A stretch of DNA of 60,329 nucleotides, counting the filler, from Platydemus manokwari (lineage: Eukaryota): NCBI GenBank assembly GCA_037951405.1. It is 6 parts of 6 records of this genome, joined end to end, with 100 filler letters (N's around TTAATTAATTAA, not from the genome) between each part and the next. Parts side by side here need not be neighbours in the genome. Positions count along the whole stretch, not along the records: positions 1 to 13,158 come from JBBMOY011816945.1; positions 13,259 to 22,484 come from JBBMOY011280873.1; 4 more parts are not named here. One strand, written 5' to 3'. Made by a program: the position numbers and the translations under genes. A model generated the notes under the pieces. The model worked only from the letters and a program-made list of their open reading frames with translations, had not been told where the DNA came from and did no database searches. Below are positions 1 to 14,115 of the stretch, one piece after another; position 1 is the stretch's first letter, and the number at the start of each line of letters is the position of its first letter.

Positions 1-110
1 TCTGTCGATCTGTCGATCTGTCGATCTGTCGATCTGTCGATCTGTCGATCTGTCGATCTGTCGATCTGTCGATCTGTCGATCTGTAGATCTGTCGATCTG
101 TCGATCTGTC
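1..110. repeat. 8-bp tandem repeat (TCTGTCGA)n, about 13-14 units, at the contig start
   Basis: Directly visible; one variant unit (TCTGTAGA) near 81-88. Confidence 0.95.
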
Positions 111-485
111 TATAAGTTATTCAATAAGGATCTTTATAAAGATTAGTGACCACTACCATAGTAACCAGTTTTTAATAATACTCAAATTTATTACTTTTGA
201 CGGACCGCTAAAAATTTCAACTCTGTCATCAACGAAAACAAAAAATTTTCTTCCCGATAGAATATTGAAAATTTATTGAAAAAATTAAGATATCGATTTT
301 ATTGATATTATCGTTTGAGAATAAACAAATAAATAATATCATCAAATTTCAATCGATAAATTCATCAATAATAGACAACTATTTGCAACCTTCAAATATA
401 AATCATTACATCAAAAGAAAACGATGACAGTAAACAATTTGGTATTCATATTTACAATTTCTCTCAACTAGAAATTTGTTTACCA

Positions 486-686
486 TTATTTGTTATTGTT
501 TATGGAAAAATATTGAGTTCTGGTATTCTGTTTGATGTGTGCGTTTGGTTTTTGCGCCGAGCTTCCTTCAATTTGCATTGAACTTGGTCCCGATGAATTT
601 AATTTGTTAATGTTTCTTTTAATGCCAGTAACGAGAGGGAATCCGAGAAAGAGATTGATCAAGATAAACTTCAATCCGTTTTCCAT
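486..686 (-). CDS. Candidate small secreted peptide (66 aa) or first coding exon
   Basis: ATG at 686-684 gives MENGLKFILINLFLGFPLVTG (signal-peptide-like), then KR and a polar S/N/Q-rich tail. No recognisable homology. Confidence 0.2.
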   Translation of the reverse strand: MENGLKFILINLFLGFPLVTGIKRNINKLNSSGPSSMQIEGSSAQKPNAHIKQNTRTQYFSINNNK

Positions 687-1260
687 TTCTAATTCTTTTG
701 TTTTAATTGATTTATTGATGATTCTGAATTCATCATTTTCGAGGAAAATAAATCCCAATGATTTGTGTGGTTTGGAAATCGTTACGGAAATTGGTGAAAT
801 GTACAATCGGCATTTTTGGAACGCGTCAATATTTTTGGAGGTGGGTTTAATATTTACGCTGCGAGGAATTAGATTTGTAATCAATCAAATCGGATTTGTA
901 AAGTCGTCAATAATTAATTACTATTCCACCTGTCGATCATCAATTTAATTAATTTGTTGAAATCAATCGAAATTAATCGACATAATTTTATTCCGTTATT
1001 ATTCGTCAATAACGATTTTCAATGGTGTTAATCTGATTCATAGTATGGAGATATTTATTATTGATTTTTTTGATTTTCAAAAATGTCCATATGAGGGTTT
1101 GATCCGAAAGAAGCTTCGTAACATTCAATAATTAGGAAATTCTACAAAAATCAGAATAACTCCATATGATTATTCATATGGTTGTAGGAATTGTGAACCG
1201 ATGATGCTTCAAATGAGTCGCATGCTAAAATAATCGCTAAAATTTCAAAAATGGTCCTGA

Positions 1261-1830
1261 AATAAAATTTTAAATTTGTTGAGTGTGTTGCAAAAATCTA
1301 TATAGTTTATTTAATTGTATTCTTTAAAAATATTTTGAATTTTTTATTTAAGTACTTAAGAAGAACTTTAGTTGTTTGAAATCAAATATTAAATACCCTA
1401 GGCTCCAAAATCTTCTAAAATTTGATTTTTTGAAAAAATGAAAAAAGTAGGTCGAATTGCAATCTGTTGAAAATTAGCGACGATCCCTGCTTTTAACATT
1501 AGAAACTAATTGAGAGATATTCTCAATTTTTGCAATTATTTTATAAAAATAACCAATGATATCATTAAACATGACTGAGTTAACTAACTCGATTTAAATT
1601 TGAAAACTCAAATAATGATATAGGAGTGTTGTGATTAGAATGGGAACTTGATTTTAAAACTAAGTTTTGTTCCTATTAGATATCCTAAAAAATGAGATAT
1701 TAACTGCATTATATGAATAAATCAAGCTTAACAGTTATAAAATTAAGTTATAAAATTATCTCATGCGCGAAAATGCATTATAATTAAAGTGGGTCAAAAA
1801 CCCCTTTTTTCTTAACTTAATCCAAATAAT
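1261..1830 (+). repeat. Dispersed repeat family C, copy 1
   Basis: AAATTTGTTGAGTGTGTTGCAAAAATCTATATAGTTTATTTAATT... is colinear over about 550 bp with 20128-20700. Confidence 0.85.
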
Positions 1831-3299
1831 GATTTAGCAATGCATTCCAATTGTGAGGTTTATTTAAAAATGTTGTAATTAATTAAAATTTACATAATAT
1901 TAAAATTATAAATTAAAAGGTGTTTTAAAAAAATATCAAATCACTGTTAACCTCTCAATTTAAAAAAAAATTATTAAAATTACTAAAAATAATTTTAAGT
2001 AAAAAATAAATATGTAATATAAAAATGTTAGCATTTTTATTTTTAAAGAAGAAGATAAATGAGATGGAAATAAATTTTAATATTTTAAAATTTATTTAAA
2101 ATGGATGCATTATAAATATATATTATTTTGTTTTGTTGAAAACATGTCTTTGGATTTGAATATTAAAAACGAAGAAGTTTTAGCAACCATCGCCAATGAT
2201 TCATCATATCATAATACACTCATGGACCGATTTGAGCGCGCACATATTTCACTTATCACTTGATCACATTTTTGTTGCATAGCAACTTACTTCCCACAAT
2301 TATTATTATTATTAAATTGTAACTGCATAATAATATTAATAAAAAAGTAATTATTTAAAGACAAGTTCAAATTTAATTTTTAACAACATTACCTCTCTAG
2401 GCAGAATATCAAGATAGAGATTAATTGGCCCCGAATAAGGAAATAAGTAGAAAACCCTATATTATAGATTGGTAGATATCAGTGGATGTATTACCATGGT
2501 AATTTTTCCTGGAAATCTAATTTATTTTCAGCTAAAAATGTCTTGCAAAACCGGAAATTGTGAAAGGAGAACATTTTTAGATAGATGAGTAGATAATGGA
2601 ATATCAGTCTATGATGAAATGCAACAGAATTATAGATTTTTTTCCAATTAAGTTTGTTATATCAAATTTTATAGATTACCGAATTATATCATATTTTCCT
2701 GATCAATGATTTTCGATTATTGGAACACTTGATTCTGTTCCAATTCGAAATGGTCAAAGGTAAAATTGGTTCATGCATGCTATTTCAAGAACCGGTTAAT
2801 TTTAAACGATTTTACTGACATTGATTGATAAATATATTGATTTTACATATCAAGAATATTAATTTCACAACAATATCAATGCTATCAATTTGAAATATGT
2901 TCAGTTATCTACTTATGAATTATCAGTTAGAAATTATCTATTTCTTACATAAACAAGTTTCCAAGTAGAAATCTAAGTTTATGTTTCGGTATTCTTTAAA
3001 GGTGATTTGTAGTCATAGAAAGTTAAAATAATACTGTAATGAATACAAATAAAATTGCAAAATAATATTAGTCAACTCGATTATTGTTACTCTAATCGAT
3101 AATCCATTCAATTTTAACGATTTATTTATTTTGTTTATATATCACCGATAAAGCTTCACTAAATTATACTTCAAAACCTTTTCAGTTGTGATCTTGCGCG
3201 AAGCTAATTAGTTATATCATTCGACTATTGAATATTACAGAAACTAAATTTATAGTGCTTTCGCACTTGGTCAATGCCTTAAAAACCTTTTGTTTTCTA

Positions 3300-6000
3300 A
3301 CTTTAAATATGATTTTGATGAGTATTCCTACATGGATGACGACCTAATCATGTCTTCAGTTATCGAAGAAGGTCACTTAAAACCAATAAAAAAATCTAAA
3401 CTTACCAATCGAGAACAGCCTAAACATAATCTGTAAGGGAGACAGCCTGAATGATTAGAGACTGAAGACGAGTAATCTCAGAACTTTGACAAGCCTCACA
3501 ATGTCTCTACCCCAAGGAGAAATACTAACAGGAGATCACAACCATCTCTCGCTATAGTTATAACAAAAATACGCAACACGGTACATTGAATGGTTACAGA
3601 CAAAGTAACGAGTTGGCCAGAGTTTTGTAGAAATACTCAGTGGATTATCCTACTGAAAATAATAATGAATACATAGAGGACAGGTAATACTATGACAATG
3701 CAAAACCGTCTTATGTGAATAATGTGAAATATGTGAAGTGAAAAGATTGTAATAACGAAAAAACCCCAAATATACTGAGTCCAAGGGATAACACTAATGA
3801 TAATTCTAATAATATGCCAGCATTAAAGAATATCGATGCACAAATTCACTTCAAATATAACTTTAGTGATCATGGAATAGAAGGTACGCTTACGGAAAAA
3901 TTTGTGGAGATCCTAAAAGATATCTTTAGGTAAACTAATGCATTAAAAGAACTAACCTGGATAATCGAAACTCATACAATATGTTTGATCTTGACAATGG
4001 CAATTTCGCACCAGGCAAAATTATCAGAACGAATTTAGATGCCAAAACTTGAAAGAAGTTGACGTCGATATATAAATCATCAATCACCTGAACTAGGATA
4101 TTTTCCACGTATATTCATCAAAGAATGCCAATTAAGGATACAAACTTTGAAATGCTCAAAAAATATTCAAACTGAGATGCCTTTCATAATTCTGGACAGT
4201 TCAATCAATGAACCCCTCTTACTCTTAACCGAAAGACCCATTAATATCAATATGACAACAACTCCATTATTGTCATAGAGGATCGATTATGCTAAATTAT
4301 TGGAAAAGTTCTACTATCTGTCTTCATCAAATGATAGGTCCGACCTCCACTGCTTCATTAAAAGATTCTAATAATCAAAGAAAAGATGAAAGACTATCTT
4401 ATGGCAGAATATACTAGAAAGAAAATTCAACAAAGCTTTGCGAATCACGAAAAGATACCGAGCTTAATAGATAAACAAGCCACATTGCCGATACAAAAGA
4501 ACATAAATACGAAACGATCTATGAAAACCGACTTTAGGCCACTAAAAAGTGAGGAGAACCTCTTGTTTTGCACTGAAAGTTACATGGAATCTCACATTTT
4601 AAGGGATCCCACTATGGCGTCGTCCGCAGCAAACAAAAAACCTCACTGTCAAATACCTAATGGTTCTCGGAGACCAGATTGATAAATATGTATCAACTCA
4701 TGTTATCATCAGTTGCTATGTTGCAGAATTAATGACAAATGAAGCCAATCTTACTGAAGTAGGTATCAACGGTCCTTGCTACAATCAACTTACGAAACAA
4801 AGATTAAACACTACCATTTGTTTCCGCATTCAGGGGAAACTTGTTTGAGTAGAGACTTAACTGAGTAGTAGCAAATTCTTATATAAATCTGAAACCAAAG
4901 TGAAGAAGATATGCAACGCAAGTAATTTCGAAAACATATTTTGAAAAAACTCAAAGTTTAAAAGAAACTTCAACAATAAGAAGCAACAATTACAAATGAA
5001 TAACTTAGACTGTGATACATTAATATATTTATTGCATCGGTAATAATCAATGGCGCATAGCCATGAACATCTTAACTTAACTGAGGCAGGGCCGGTCACT
5101 GCAGAAAATCAAGATATCTTGTTCACAGAAAGGTACATAATGACCTTATGTAAAAAATGTCTTAAATTTCTAGTACTCGATTATTTTACTAGCAAAGTCC
5201 TCTGACTCGATGGGGTGGAATATATTCTGGGACTAGACTACTACTATGAAATTTTGGTAAAAGCTGGCCACTGGTATTTGGATACATGCTGAACATCAGC
5301 CACCTCCTGAAAATAAACATCAAGATAATAAAAATAAAGCAAATAAGGCACCCTTGAACTTGGTTGGAAGGTCAAGAGAGGTGAAAAGCTAAGGTGCATT
5401 CCAGATAACTGCCCAACAGATACATTTTAAATAAGTAAATCATTAGCAGAACTACTGACCAGCAAATTTACAAATGAAACATTAAACGAGATTTTTCTTA
5501 AATTCTGTGAATTCATTGGCTGTGTGCACAATTAAATCACCGAGTAACCTATACTTGTGTAAAACCAATAAGAACAAAAAAGGTGAAAGGAATCTGATAC
5601 TGAGAGGACTCTTTAACCACGCCTTTGAATTAGCCACCCACTACAAAAAGCTGCCTGTATAACTACTAAAAAGACTTCAAAAAAATTTCAAGGAAAAACT
5701 GAAGCAAAAAACAAATCTTCGTGAATGCTAAGGATTGTATTCTTTCTCACCAGAGAAACTTACTAAACGTGACCAAAACTTTGACTTCAACAAAATAGAA
5801 CAGGAAACAATTTATGCAAGCCTATGGAAAAAACCGATTATACGAATTGATTATACTTTTGAACTTGCGAAGGAACGATTGAAGAAAAGAAACACCAACA
5901 TCCTATATTTTAATATATGGGTATCTCGATTATCAATGTTTATGAACAAATATGACATCACACAAACAAGCATGATCGAATTTAGTGGTGTACAATGATT
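3300..6000 (+). mobile_element. Degenerate BEL/Pao LTR retrotransposon gag-pol remnant
   Basis: Broken frames retain Pao-like motifs in the expected order: LLFC (~4560), GVEYILGLDYYY (~5213, like DLLIGxDY), TLELGWKV (~5350, like TxLGW), IYASLWKK...ELAKERL (~5810-5880, like YxVxLPWK...AxxRL). Boundaries approximate. Confidence 0.6.
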
Positions 6001-9000
6001 TAGAAATCGATTTACAAATAATCTACTCACAATTTGAAAAAAACTGACCAACGGACAGATTTGCAGCTGTATTGTTTATCTCACTATAAATTGTAACAAA
6101 CTCGATAGGAGTTGTAGATAAATCTAATGTATCTGGTTGCTTGAATTTTGTTTGTGACTCGTTTTGATAAGTTTTACGTTCAATATTTTTCCTTGAATTG
6201 TTGCGATATCAATACATTTCGAGTCTATTGTACATGCTTCATTAACACTGCAATTGCCAGATAAAGGAATAAGAATTTTTATAACTTAATTAATAAATTA
6301 AATTAAAATAAAAAATTTTGTGCCGATGATATTCATCGAATGAATACAAATTGGAAATGTATTTGATATTGGTTTAGAAAATCGTCAATTAAAATAATTA
6401 GATGTTCCAAAGGGTGAGCTGATATTACTGTTATTGGTAATAAATGACCTAATTGCTTATTGATGATGCAATATAGTTTGATGTGGGTCAATATTTACAT
6501 TGGGCCCAAAGGCACCTACATCAAAATCATAAACATGGATATCGAAACAGTTTTCAGCAGCAATGCCCGGTGATAATTATCAAACAAGGATACATTAAGA
6601 GTTGTTTAAGCTGAATAAATATCGAAATCATAATCCCCTCTTTGAGAAAAAGCATAATTAAACAAAGATGTGCTGAATAATAAATGTTTTATGCATGTCT
6701 GAACATGGTTATCATTAATTATAATGATGGTCTAGCATTGGGAATAAGTGTCGAGTCGATGGGAAAAAATATGAATAGATTCATTTACACTGCACTGATG
6801 CTTTTCAACAAATAAATAAATCTCCTTTTCTTTTTTCGGTAAATATCGTTGGGTTTTTCGAGTGGATATCAAATGAAATTTAAAAATTTAATCAAATCGA
6901 ATAAACAAAACCATTAAGTACTCTTCATGATTGCATAACAAGTCTATGAAACTGGAAAAAATTTTTATTCATATTTATTCCCTTGACAACAAAACGGAAT
7001 ATCTTTTAAAAATTATTCAGGAAAACCATGAAGTGAATTGCTTAATTAATAGGTTTTCGAGGCTAATTTTATAAAATTGCTAAAGTTACGTAATCGGTAT
7101 CCGCTGTTACAAATCGTTTACGCATAGTCCATGCGGGGAATTTTTCCAAGCATTGAGTTTGATAAATGAATATCAGTTTATCTCTATCTTAATCCTCACA
7201 ATGACATTTACCCGTTTGAAGCTTGATATGTTTGTTTTAATTTTAATTTTTTAATTGATTTTGAATTTGTTCTAATATCAAACAATATACAAATACATTG
7301 ACAAATCTGTTTGCGTTGAATTCGATATATAAATATCTAATCTGACGATGGAAATAATAATAATGTATGAAAATTTTAATAAATTAAGGTTTTTTTGTTT
7401 AAATGAGTAGGAAATAATTTTAATGAAATCATTATTTATTGGAAAATTGATAATATTAAAAATGAGTTATCGCTTTAAGATATTTAGCAAAGAGTATAAG
7501 GATTTGCAGATTGAACCATTGCTAATTCCAACAAGTTTCGTTTTCTTTCATCATTTCATAATTCTCTCACTTTCACTCTCACGTATCACGTGATCATACG
7601 ACGCTGTTGCGATTGCTTTTCGGTTTCATATAAGGATATAGCGATTATTAAATTATTCTTACTATAATTATAATCCTAAAATTATGGTCATACCTTTTAC
7701 TGATGTTTTATTCATGACCGTCCTGGAAAAAATAAATATTGAAATTAATGACCATTAAACGACATCAAATTGTTTGCCAATGTGATTTAAGGGTTGCAAT
7801 ACCCATCAAATAATGATTTATAAAATCAAATCTTTCACAAAATTATTACAAAAATCATTGAAACTAATTTTAATAATAAAAATAACATACTTTATTTTCA
7901 AATTACGTTTTAATCAACATAATCAGCGGGAATTATTGGGAATATTTTTTGTAAAAGATCACAAAGCTCTAATTAATGTATTGCTTTGTAAGAAAGTACC
8001 GTTATGTCAATTAATAAATGAGAGTTATCAGATATTTCCATTTTTGCAATGGCGCGAGGTATAAAATGTCACAATGTCGATGCTAATTAATCGAAGTTAA
8101 TGAATGATGAACAGGAAATGTACCTAGATATTCGTACCCGATATTTTATCTACCGAGTTTTGGGAATTGTAATGTTACAATCCAATGATCATGTGGTAGA
8201 ATGTGATTGACGAAATTAATTTAAAAGCATTTATTGTTTTGAACGGAAATGATTATTCAATGACAAGATTGTTCATTAAGAGAATCCGATATTTCTAATT
8301 CGAAGAGTTCATTAAATGAAGCCGATGAAAATTTTGAAAAATAACCAATCGTCTTTAAGGTTTTAATCTCATTACAGTAGATGAAGTAAACGAGGAAAGG
8401 AAATTACTCCATGAAAACGTAAAACCATACTTATTTGAAAAATAATATTTTACTAAAGATAAATACTCTAAATCGTAGGATATATCGATATGGAAAACAT
8501 TCACCACAGTTGATAAAAGTAAGATCAAATCAATCCAGTATAAAACATTATCCTCTTATGTGATGTGTATGCTACTGATATGAAACCAAAAACCAATTAC
8601 ACTATGAATGACGAATTATGAAATGATGAGTTTAAGATCTTGAATAAAAATAATGGGTAAGAAATTTTTTTAAACCGGTTCATCTGTGGACTACCTTATG
8701 GAATTGACAAACGTTTTATCAGCAAGCCCCCACCACTCTCATAACTGCCGTGTATACACACATGGTTCGATCGATACAATTACCAGACTACACGGTACGA
8801 AATATATTTTTCTGTTCGTGTAATGAAAGACCAAACTAATTGATTAAAAAAATTGCAAAAAACCATTGAAAATTAAAAATAAATCCTTTTCCATTGAATT
8901 GTTTTTCAAAGGAATTTCCAAATTTTCTTCAGGTGGATTTGTATTTTAATTATACGGTTTCATTAGAATAGCTATTGATTGTCATTCATTAAATGTTCGA

Positions 9001-9169
9001 CAGAATGAATGGATTACTTTTATTTTTTTTTCCAAAATACAAAACAAGCCATAGACAAGAAAAACACATTTTGTAAGAGAAACGTATGCGAAAAACGATT
9101 TTTTTTTATTTTGAATTTTTTTCCCTTTTTCAATGTGGAGTTAAGATTAAATGCAAGCAATTAAATCTA

Positions 9170-9960
9170 GATTCGAATCGATTTTATTGTGTCATTGGAT
9201 CTTGAAAAAAAATAAAATAGAAGAACTATGTTTGAATCGAAATGTTTCGAATGATCGATTAGTGAAACCAGTAGCAAAGTATAAGGATACATTTTTATGA
9301 ATCGTAAATTGGAAATGAAATGAACGGGAATAATTAGCCATAGAATTGTAACCACTGGAGATCTAATTGCAATAAATCCACAAAGGCAGCTGGTGCATAA
9401 GGGGACTGGAATTAATGAGATGTTGAAAGACTTGAAAAGGCTGGAGTAATTAGAAGATTCGAATCAGTTTAGAACATCTCATTAGAATGCATAGGTAAAA
9501 AAGAATGAAGATAAAATATGGACATGTCTGAAATTTCGAGCATTGAATTCAATTATGGTCAAGTGGCGATTTTCACTTCTCCACATAAAACAATTATGAA
9601 AAATCGCAGTGGTGAACAGATTTTCATTACAGTTGATTTCAACAGAATAAAAGCAACATTGATTTAGATTAAAACCAGAAAATGGACACGATAATAAGTG
9701 CACAAGGAACTGTATTGTGTGGGCCTTAAACATTGTGAGATATCTGGGAAATAAACTTTAAATTTTTACGTTTGGGGTGAGAGGTAAGAATACCCTAAAT
9801 GTTAATGGAAATGTACAGTAATAATAAAAAGTGATATCAGCCAGGATTCTGAACAGATTTTTAAGGATATTCGAAACGACTTTTGTCAATATCAATTCAA
9901 AGGATGCGAAGTACTTTAACCATTATGAACTGTTTCGGTAAGTACAGATCTAATCGAGAA
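9170..9960 (+). mobile_element. Degenerate Ty3/Gypsy reverse transcriptase fragment
   Basis: INEMLKDL..GVIR (frameshifted), TCLKFRALNSIMVKWRFSLLHIK at ~9522-9590 (like CxDFRxLNxxTxKDxFPLPxI) and VRYLG at ~9736; many stops and frameshifts. Confidence 0.65.
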
Positions 9961-10099
9961 AAAGATATCATATGTATTGTAAAATCAATTAATTCTAAAA
10001 TTTTGACAATCATAGATCGCAGTGTCAAACGAATCGAGAGTGGATGATTGCATGTTTAACACAGCATTATATCGTAACAACCGAGTTTATATCATCAGT

Positions 10100-10300
10100 A
10101 TTAGCCACTACTATTTTAAAAACCACACATTAAAAAAGAAACGGAAAAATCAAGACACCAAAAATCTATTTAAAGACAAATATTTAAGAAAATTAATTTA
10201 ATTTTATATAATTATGATTTTATATCAAATTAGAATTAAATTAAAATTAAATTTGAATTAAAAATTTAATTCATTACAAATATCTCACAATCATAATAAG
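10100..10300 (-). repeat. Dispersed repeat family B, inverted copy
   Basis: Reverse complement matches GTGAGATATTT...TTGACTTTTC...GTGGTTTTTAAAATAGTAG at 16680-16855 and the similar segment at 43020-43150. Confidence 0.55.
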
Positions 10301-11642
10301 AATCTATTAATAGAGCACCAATTCTGAACCATGCGAGATGCAACACCGAGTCGTATCGATGACATTACATGCACACTGTTTAGGCTGATTATACCATATT
10401 GTTTTCATGTAAAACGTAATCGATTAAGAAATTCACCAACGTAAGTTGTCTTTGAAATAATCATAAAATAAAATATAATCTGAATTTTAAAGATGAAGAT
10501 GTGTAGCTAATAAAAATTCAAAGGAAATACAACAGGAGTAATATTTAGAATAGATCGGAAATATAATATATAAAGAAAAAACTCAATTGATAGATCTATC
10601 CAAAGAACCTTTTGGAATTATGGAAAGTATTCATCTAAGAAGAAATTCAAGAATGGATTAAAATTTTAACAGAGAATGCGGTATAAAGGAAAATAGTTTG
10701 TAAATGTATGATAGATGTGAAAATGCAATTGATATCGGGTTTCCCTTATTCCACAGGAGTTAACGTTTTAGAATTACAGATATTCTCGCCATTATAACTA
10801 TTAACGATACCATCAGATGGTATTAATTTTATTAATTGTTCTTCAATTTAAATCATAATCGATTTTCTTTTGTGATTTTAAACTATTTCTACCTATCAGA
10901 TTTCGAATAATGATTGATTTATATGGTTAAGGCTTTTAAAATAGGAATAGTGTTGTGTTTCATGTCAATATTATAGGGATCGTTATCAAAAAGGAAAAAT
11001 TCGAGTTATGAATTTCATGGTTTTTAGATATCAAATTTTAATTGTGAAAGATGTGAAACAAAATACAGCATTTTTTTTAATAAAATCGATTCCATAATTT
11101 CAGACCAGAATAAATTTAAACCACTATCCGATATTATCAAGTATATCGACGGATTTTAAAGAACTGTTTCCCTTATATTTCCGAGAGTATTTTTCCCTTT
11201 CACTGGCTTAGAGTTTATGACATTGGAATGTTTTGAAATGCACACCCAAAAATCAATTATGATTTAATTATTTTGGTTTATATATAATATAGACCAAGCT
11301 TTGATTGGATTCTTTCTTATTTTTTTCATTCGTACATTTTCTAATATTTCTGAATTTTTGCTGCTATAGTTTCAACGCAATGCAGAACGAATTGATTTAG
11401 CTGATTGGTTACACGATATTGTATATGGTTTAGTAATAAATATCGATTTTTTCTCAATTTTGTTTTAATATTATATTAAAAAAATATAATCAAAAAACAA
11501 TATGGATATTTCTACCACGGTAACAATTGGATTGATTTGGATGAGTTTAGAATTGATGAAACGAAAATTGTTCAGAGATCGTTAATAAAGTAATTCAAAA
11601 TTTTGAAGCGATTCTCATTTCAGATCAAATCATGTGATTGGA

Positions 11643-11649
11643 TATAAAA
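11643..11649 (+). promoter_or_regulatory. Putative TATA box of the neuropeptide gene
   Basis: TATAAAA about 116 bp upstream of the ATG with CCAAT/ATTGG motifs nearby; weak evidence in AT-rich DNA. Confidence 0.3.
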
Positions 11650-11758
11650 ATTTCCCAATTCCACTGGTTGGGCAATGAAAGAACAATCCAATTAAAACAA
11701 CACCGAGTTTGGTATTTATTAGAGTCATTTGGAAAAATCGAAAACACCTGAAGGAATA

Positions 11759-11977
11759 ATGCTTCTGAAATTTATCATATTATCAATAACACTCGTTTTG
11801 ATTTTCGATCAATTCCATTGTTTTAGCCCTCTGGCGGACTCTGAATCTCTTCGAAATTTCATAAAGCGTTATCAATATTGGTCGTCCGCCCATTCATTTC
11901 GACTAAGACCAAAGAATTCCAAAAGCAAGTCGAAAGATTCAGATAAAGATCAATATAATATCATGAGATACGGATGA
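11759..11977 (+). CDS. Neuropeptide precursor (72 aa), RYamide/NKY-like
   Basis: Signal peptide MLLKFIILSITLVLIFDQFHC, KR convertase site, peptide YQYWSSAHSFRLRPKNSKSKSKDSDKDQYNIMRY, terminal amidation Gly then TGA; AATAAA at 12038. Likely true start is ATG 11759, not the TTG at 11729. Confidence 0.8.
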   Translation: MLLKFIILSITLVLIFDQFHCFSPLADSESLRNFIKRYQYWSSAHSFRLRPKNSKSKSKDSDKDQYNIMRYG

Positions 11978-12299
11978 ATAATCCCTATAGATTTTGACCA
12001 TTGATATGTACTGCGTGATGATTTGAGAAGTATGTTTAATAAAATAAATTGATTTTCGTTACGGTTTGATCTCTCTTTGTGTATATTTTTTTTAATATTA
12101 TATTCATTATGTTTACAGGAACAGTTTCTATAGCATATATATTAACATGTTTCTCAGTATGATTGCAAACGAGATCAATCGACCATTATTTTGGTTCAAC
12201 ATTCCTTGGTAATGTTATTGTCTACCTAATACACAGGACAAATGAAATCAATTTTTTTGTTGATAGCATTTTGTAAAGCTTTCTTGATAACGGAGTCTG

Positions 12300-12960
12300 T
12301 CCTTCATATTGTAAAGAAAAGAAAAAATTAATTATAATAGAAAGTTATCGTAAAATAATAATAAAGGAACAAAAATTCTTTTCTGGAGGAACGATATTTA
12401 TTAATGAAAACGTGGTGTATTGAAGGATTAGTTATGCACGACTAAATGAGTCATTGAGATATTCATGGAAATGGCTTAATGTCTTGGCCTGACAGGTGAT
12501 TCAGATCATTTATAAATTAAAATGTATTATAGAATTTTATCGATAACTCCATTTTATTCCAAAGCTAATAATAAATACAAATCAAGGTCATTTCTTCAGA
12601 AGGTTTGATTGATAAGGTACACAATGAAATTGAAGAAGACTCGGGTAACCAAATAAAATACAAAACATTCAAAAAATCAGCTTGTATAGATAACACGAGA
12701 TTTGGTATGTTGTGATTGAAACTGTCCGGAGTAACAATAAAGACAGAATACAAAATATAAATTTAGCCGAGTGAAGAAGGAAGAGTTGGAATAACTATTA
12801 ATCAATGGGGTATTGGCATGAATTGAAAAAGAAATAATAAGAGGAACTCATGACAGGTTCAAATTGATTAATGAGCTAATTATAAACAAGTGCAACGGAT
12901 ATCCTTTCTAGTAGTTATGTGTAGAAAGGATTACAATATCAGCCAATCGCTGAACTAGTT
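12300..12960 (+). mobile_element. Highly degenerate Gypsy integrase fragment
   Basis: FIPKLIINTNQGHFF at ~12552 (like PxxIxTDQGxxF) and a GxSPF-like stretch near 12897; heavily broken. Confidence 0.35.
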
Positions 12961-13064
12961 GGTCGAAATTTCAGTAGTTCAATGAACGAACCCTTTAACA
13001 TCCTGAAATAAAAGGAACAGTAATGATAACTTCGAATAACATTAATAAAAACAAAATTAAAAGT

Positions 13065-13088
13065 AAATAATAATATTAATAATATTAT

Positions 13089-13119
<31 letters not shown>

Positions 13120-13158
13120 AAAAATTATGATAACAATAATAATAATAGAAACAATAAT
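13065..13158. repeat. (AAT)n-rich microsatellite at contig end
   Basis: Directly visible. Confidence 0.85.
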
Positions 13159-13258
13159 NNNNNNNNNNNNNNNNNNNNNNNNNNNNNNNNNNNNNNNNNN
13201 NNTTAATTAATTAANNNNNNNNNNNNNNNNNNNNNNNNNNNNNNNNNNNNNNNNNNNN
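13159..13258. other. Artificial contig spacer N44-TTAATTAATTAA-N44
   Basis: Identical 100-bp cassette occurs five times; the 12-mer has stops in all six frames. Confidence 0.97.
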
Positions 13259-14009
13259 TCTCTAACACTTTGGCGTGTATCACTTTCTATTATCTTCTTC
13301 AAATCTTGGTCGACAAATTGAATCAAGGGTCGGCCGCAAAATTTCCAATATGATTCGATCCACAAATAACGATATTAAAATTAACATTTCAATAGAGTAC
13401 TGTTCCAGCAGTTAGCTAGCAATTAATCGATGATGTTAATCCTCGAGGAATTCAACCAAATAATAATAAAACTCCTATTTCATTTCCTTCAGATCTTGTA
13501 CGAAATTAGAACGAATTGGTTGTTTTAATTGCCTCCAATGTTTTCACATCACATAATACAAAGTTTATCATTTTGTTTTTGTAAATATTCAGCTCTATTT
13601 AATTTGTAATATTATATTTTTCAAATGTCAATCTAACGACCTTGAATGTCCTCAAATTTCAATTTCTAACAATGCTACCTTGGTGGAAAAGTTTTTAATC
13701 GATATTTCTTATATCTCATAAAATTCTGAAACATCATAAAATCCAAAATAAAAAGGTTCAAATCACAGTAGCACAGTAAATTTCAAGTTAATTTCAATAA
13801 TTTCTCACGAATCTGATCGCCGTGCCTATGAAGAGTTAGGAAGGTTAGTTAAATTGTTCTTTTTCCTTACTTATTAATTGTTTTAGGGTTTAAGATTTTA
13901 GAAATTTTCGATCTTTTTTTAATCCTAACTGACGCTGAGTCTCTCGGTAATTTACCTTATTGTCCTGTTAGGATTGGATTATTTTACCCTAAACTACCAG
14001 ATTCATTGG

Positions 14010-14115
14010 TATTATTATTATTATTAATATTGTTATTGTTACTGTTATTATTATCATTACTTTTATTATTATCATTATTATTATCATTATTATTATTAAT
14101 ATTATTATTATTAAA
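14010..14115. repeat. (TTA)n imperfect microsatellite
   Basis: Explains the poly-Leu and poly-Asn ORFs in the track. Confidence 0.9.

Noticed and set aside
1-110. CRISPR-like or telomeric array
   Set aside because: 8-bp units without spacers, and not TTAGGG; a simple satellite.
13203-13214. TTAATTAATTAA palindrome as a regulatory or recombination site
   Set aside because: Always centred in exactly 44+44 Ns; an assembly linker.
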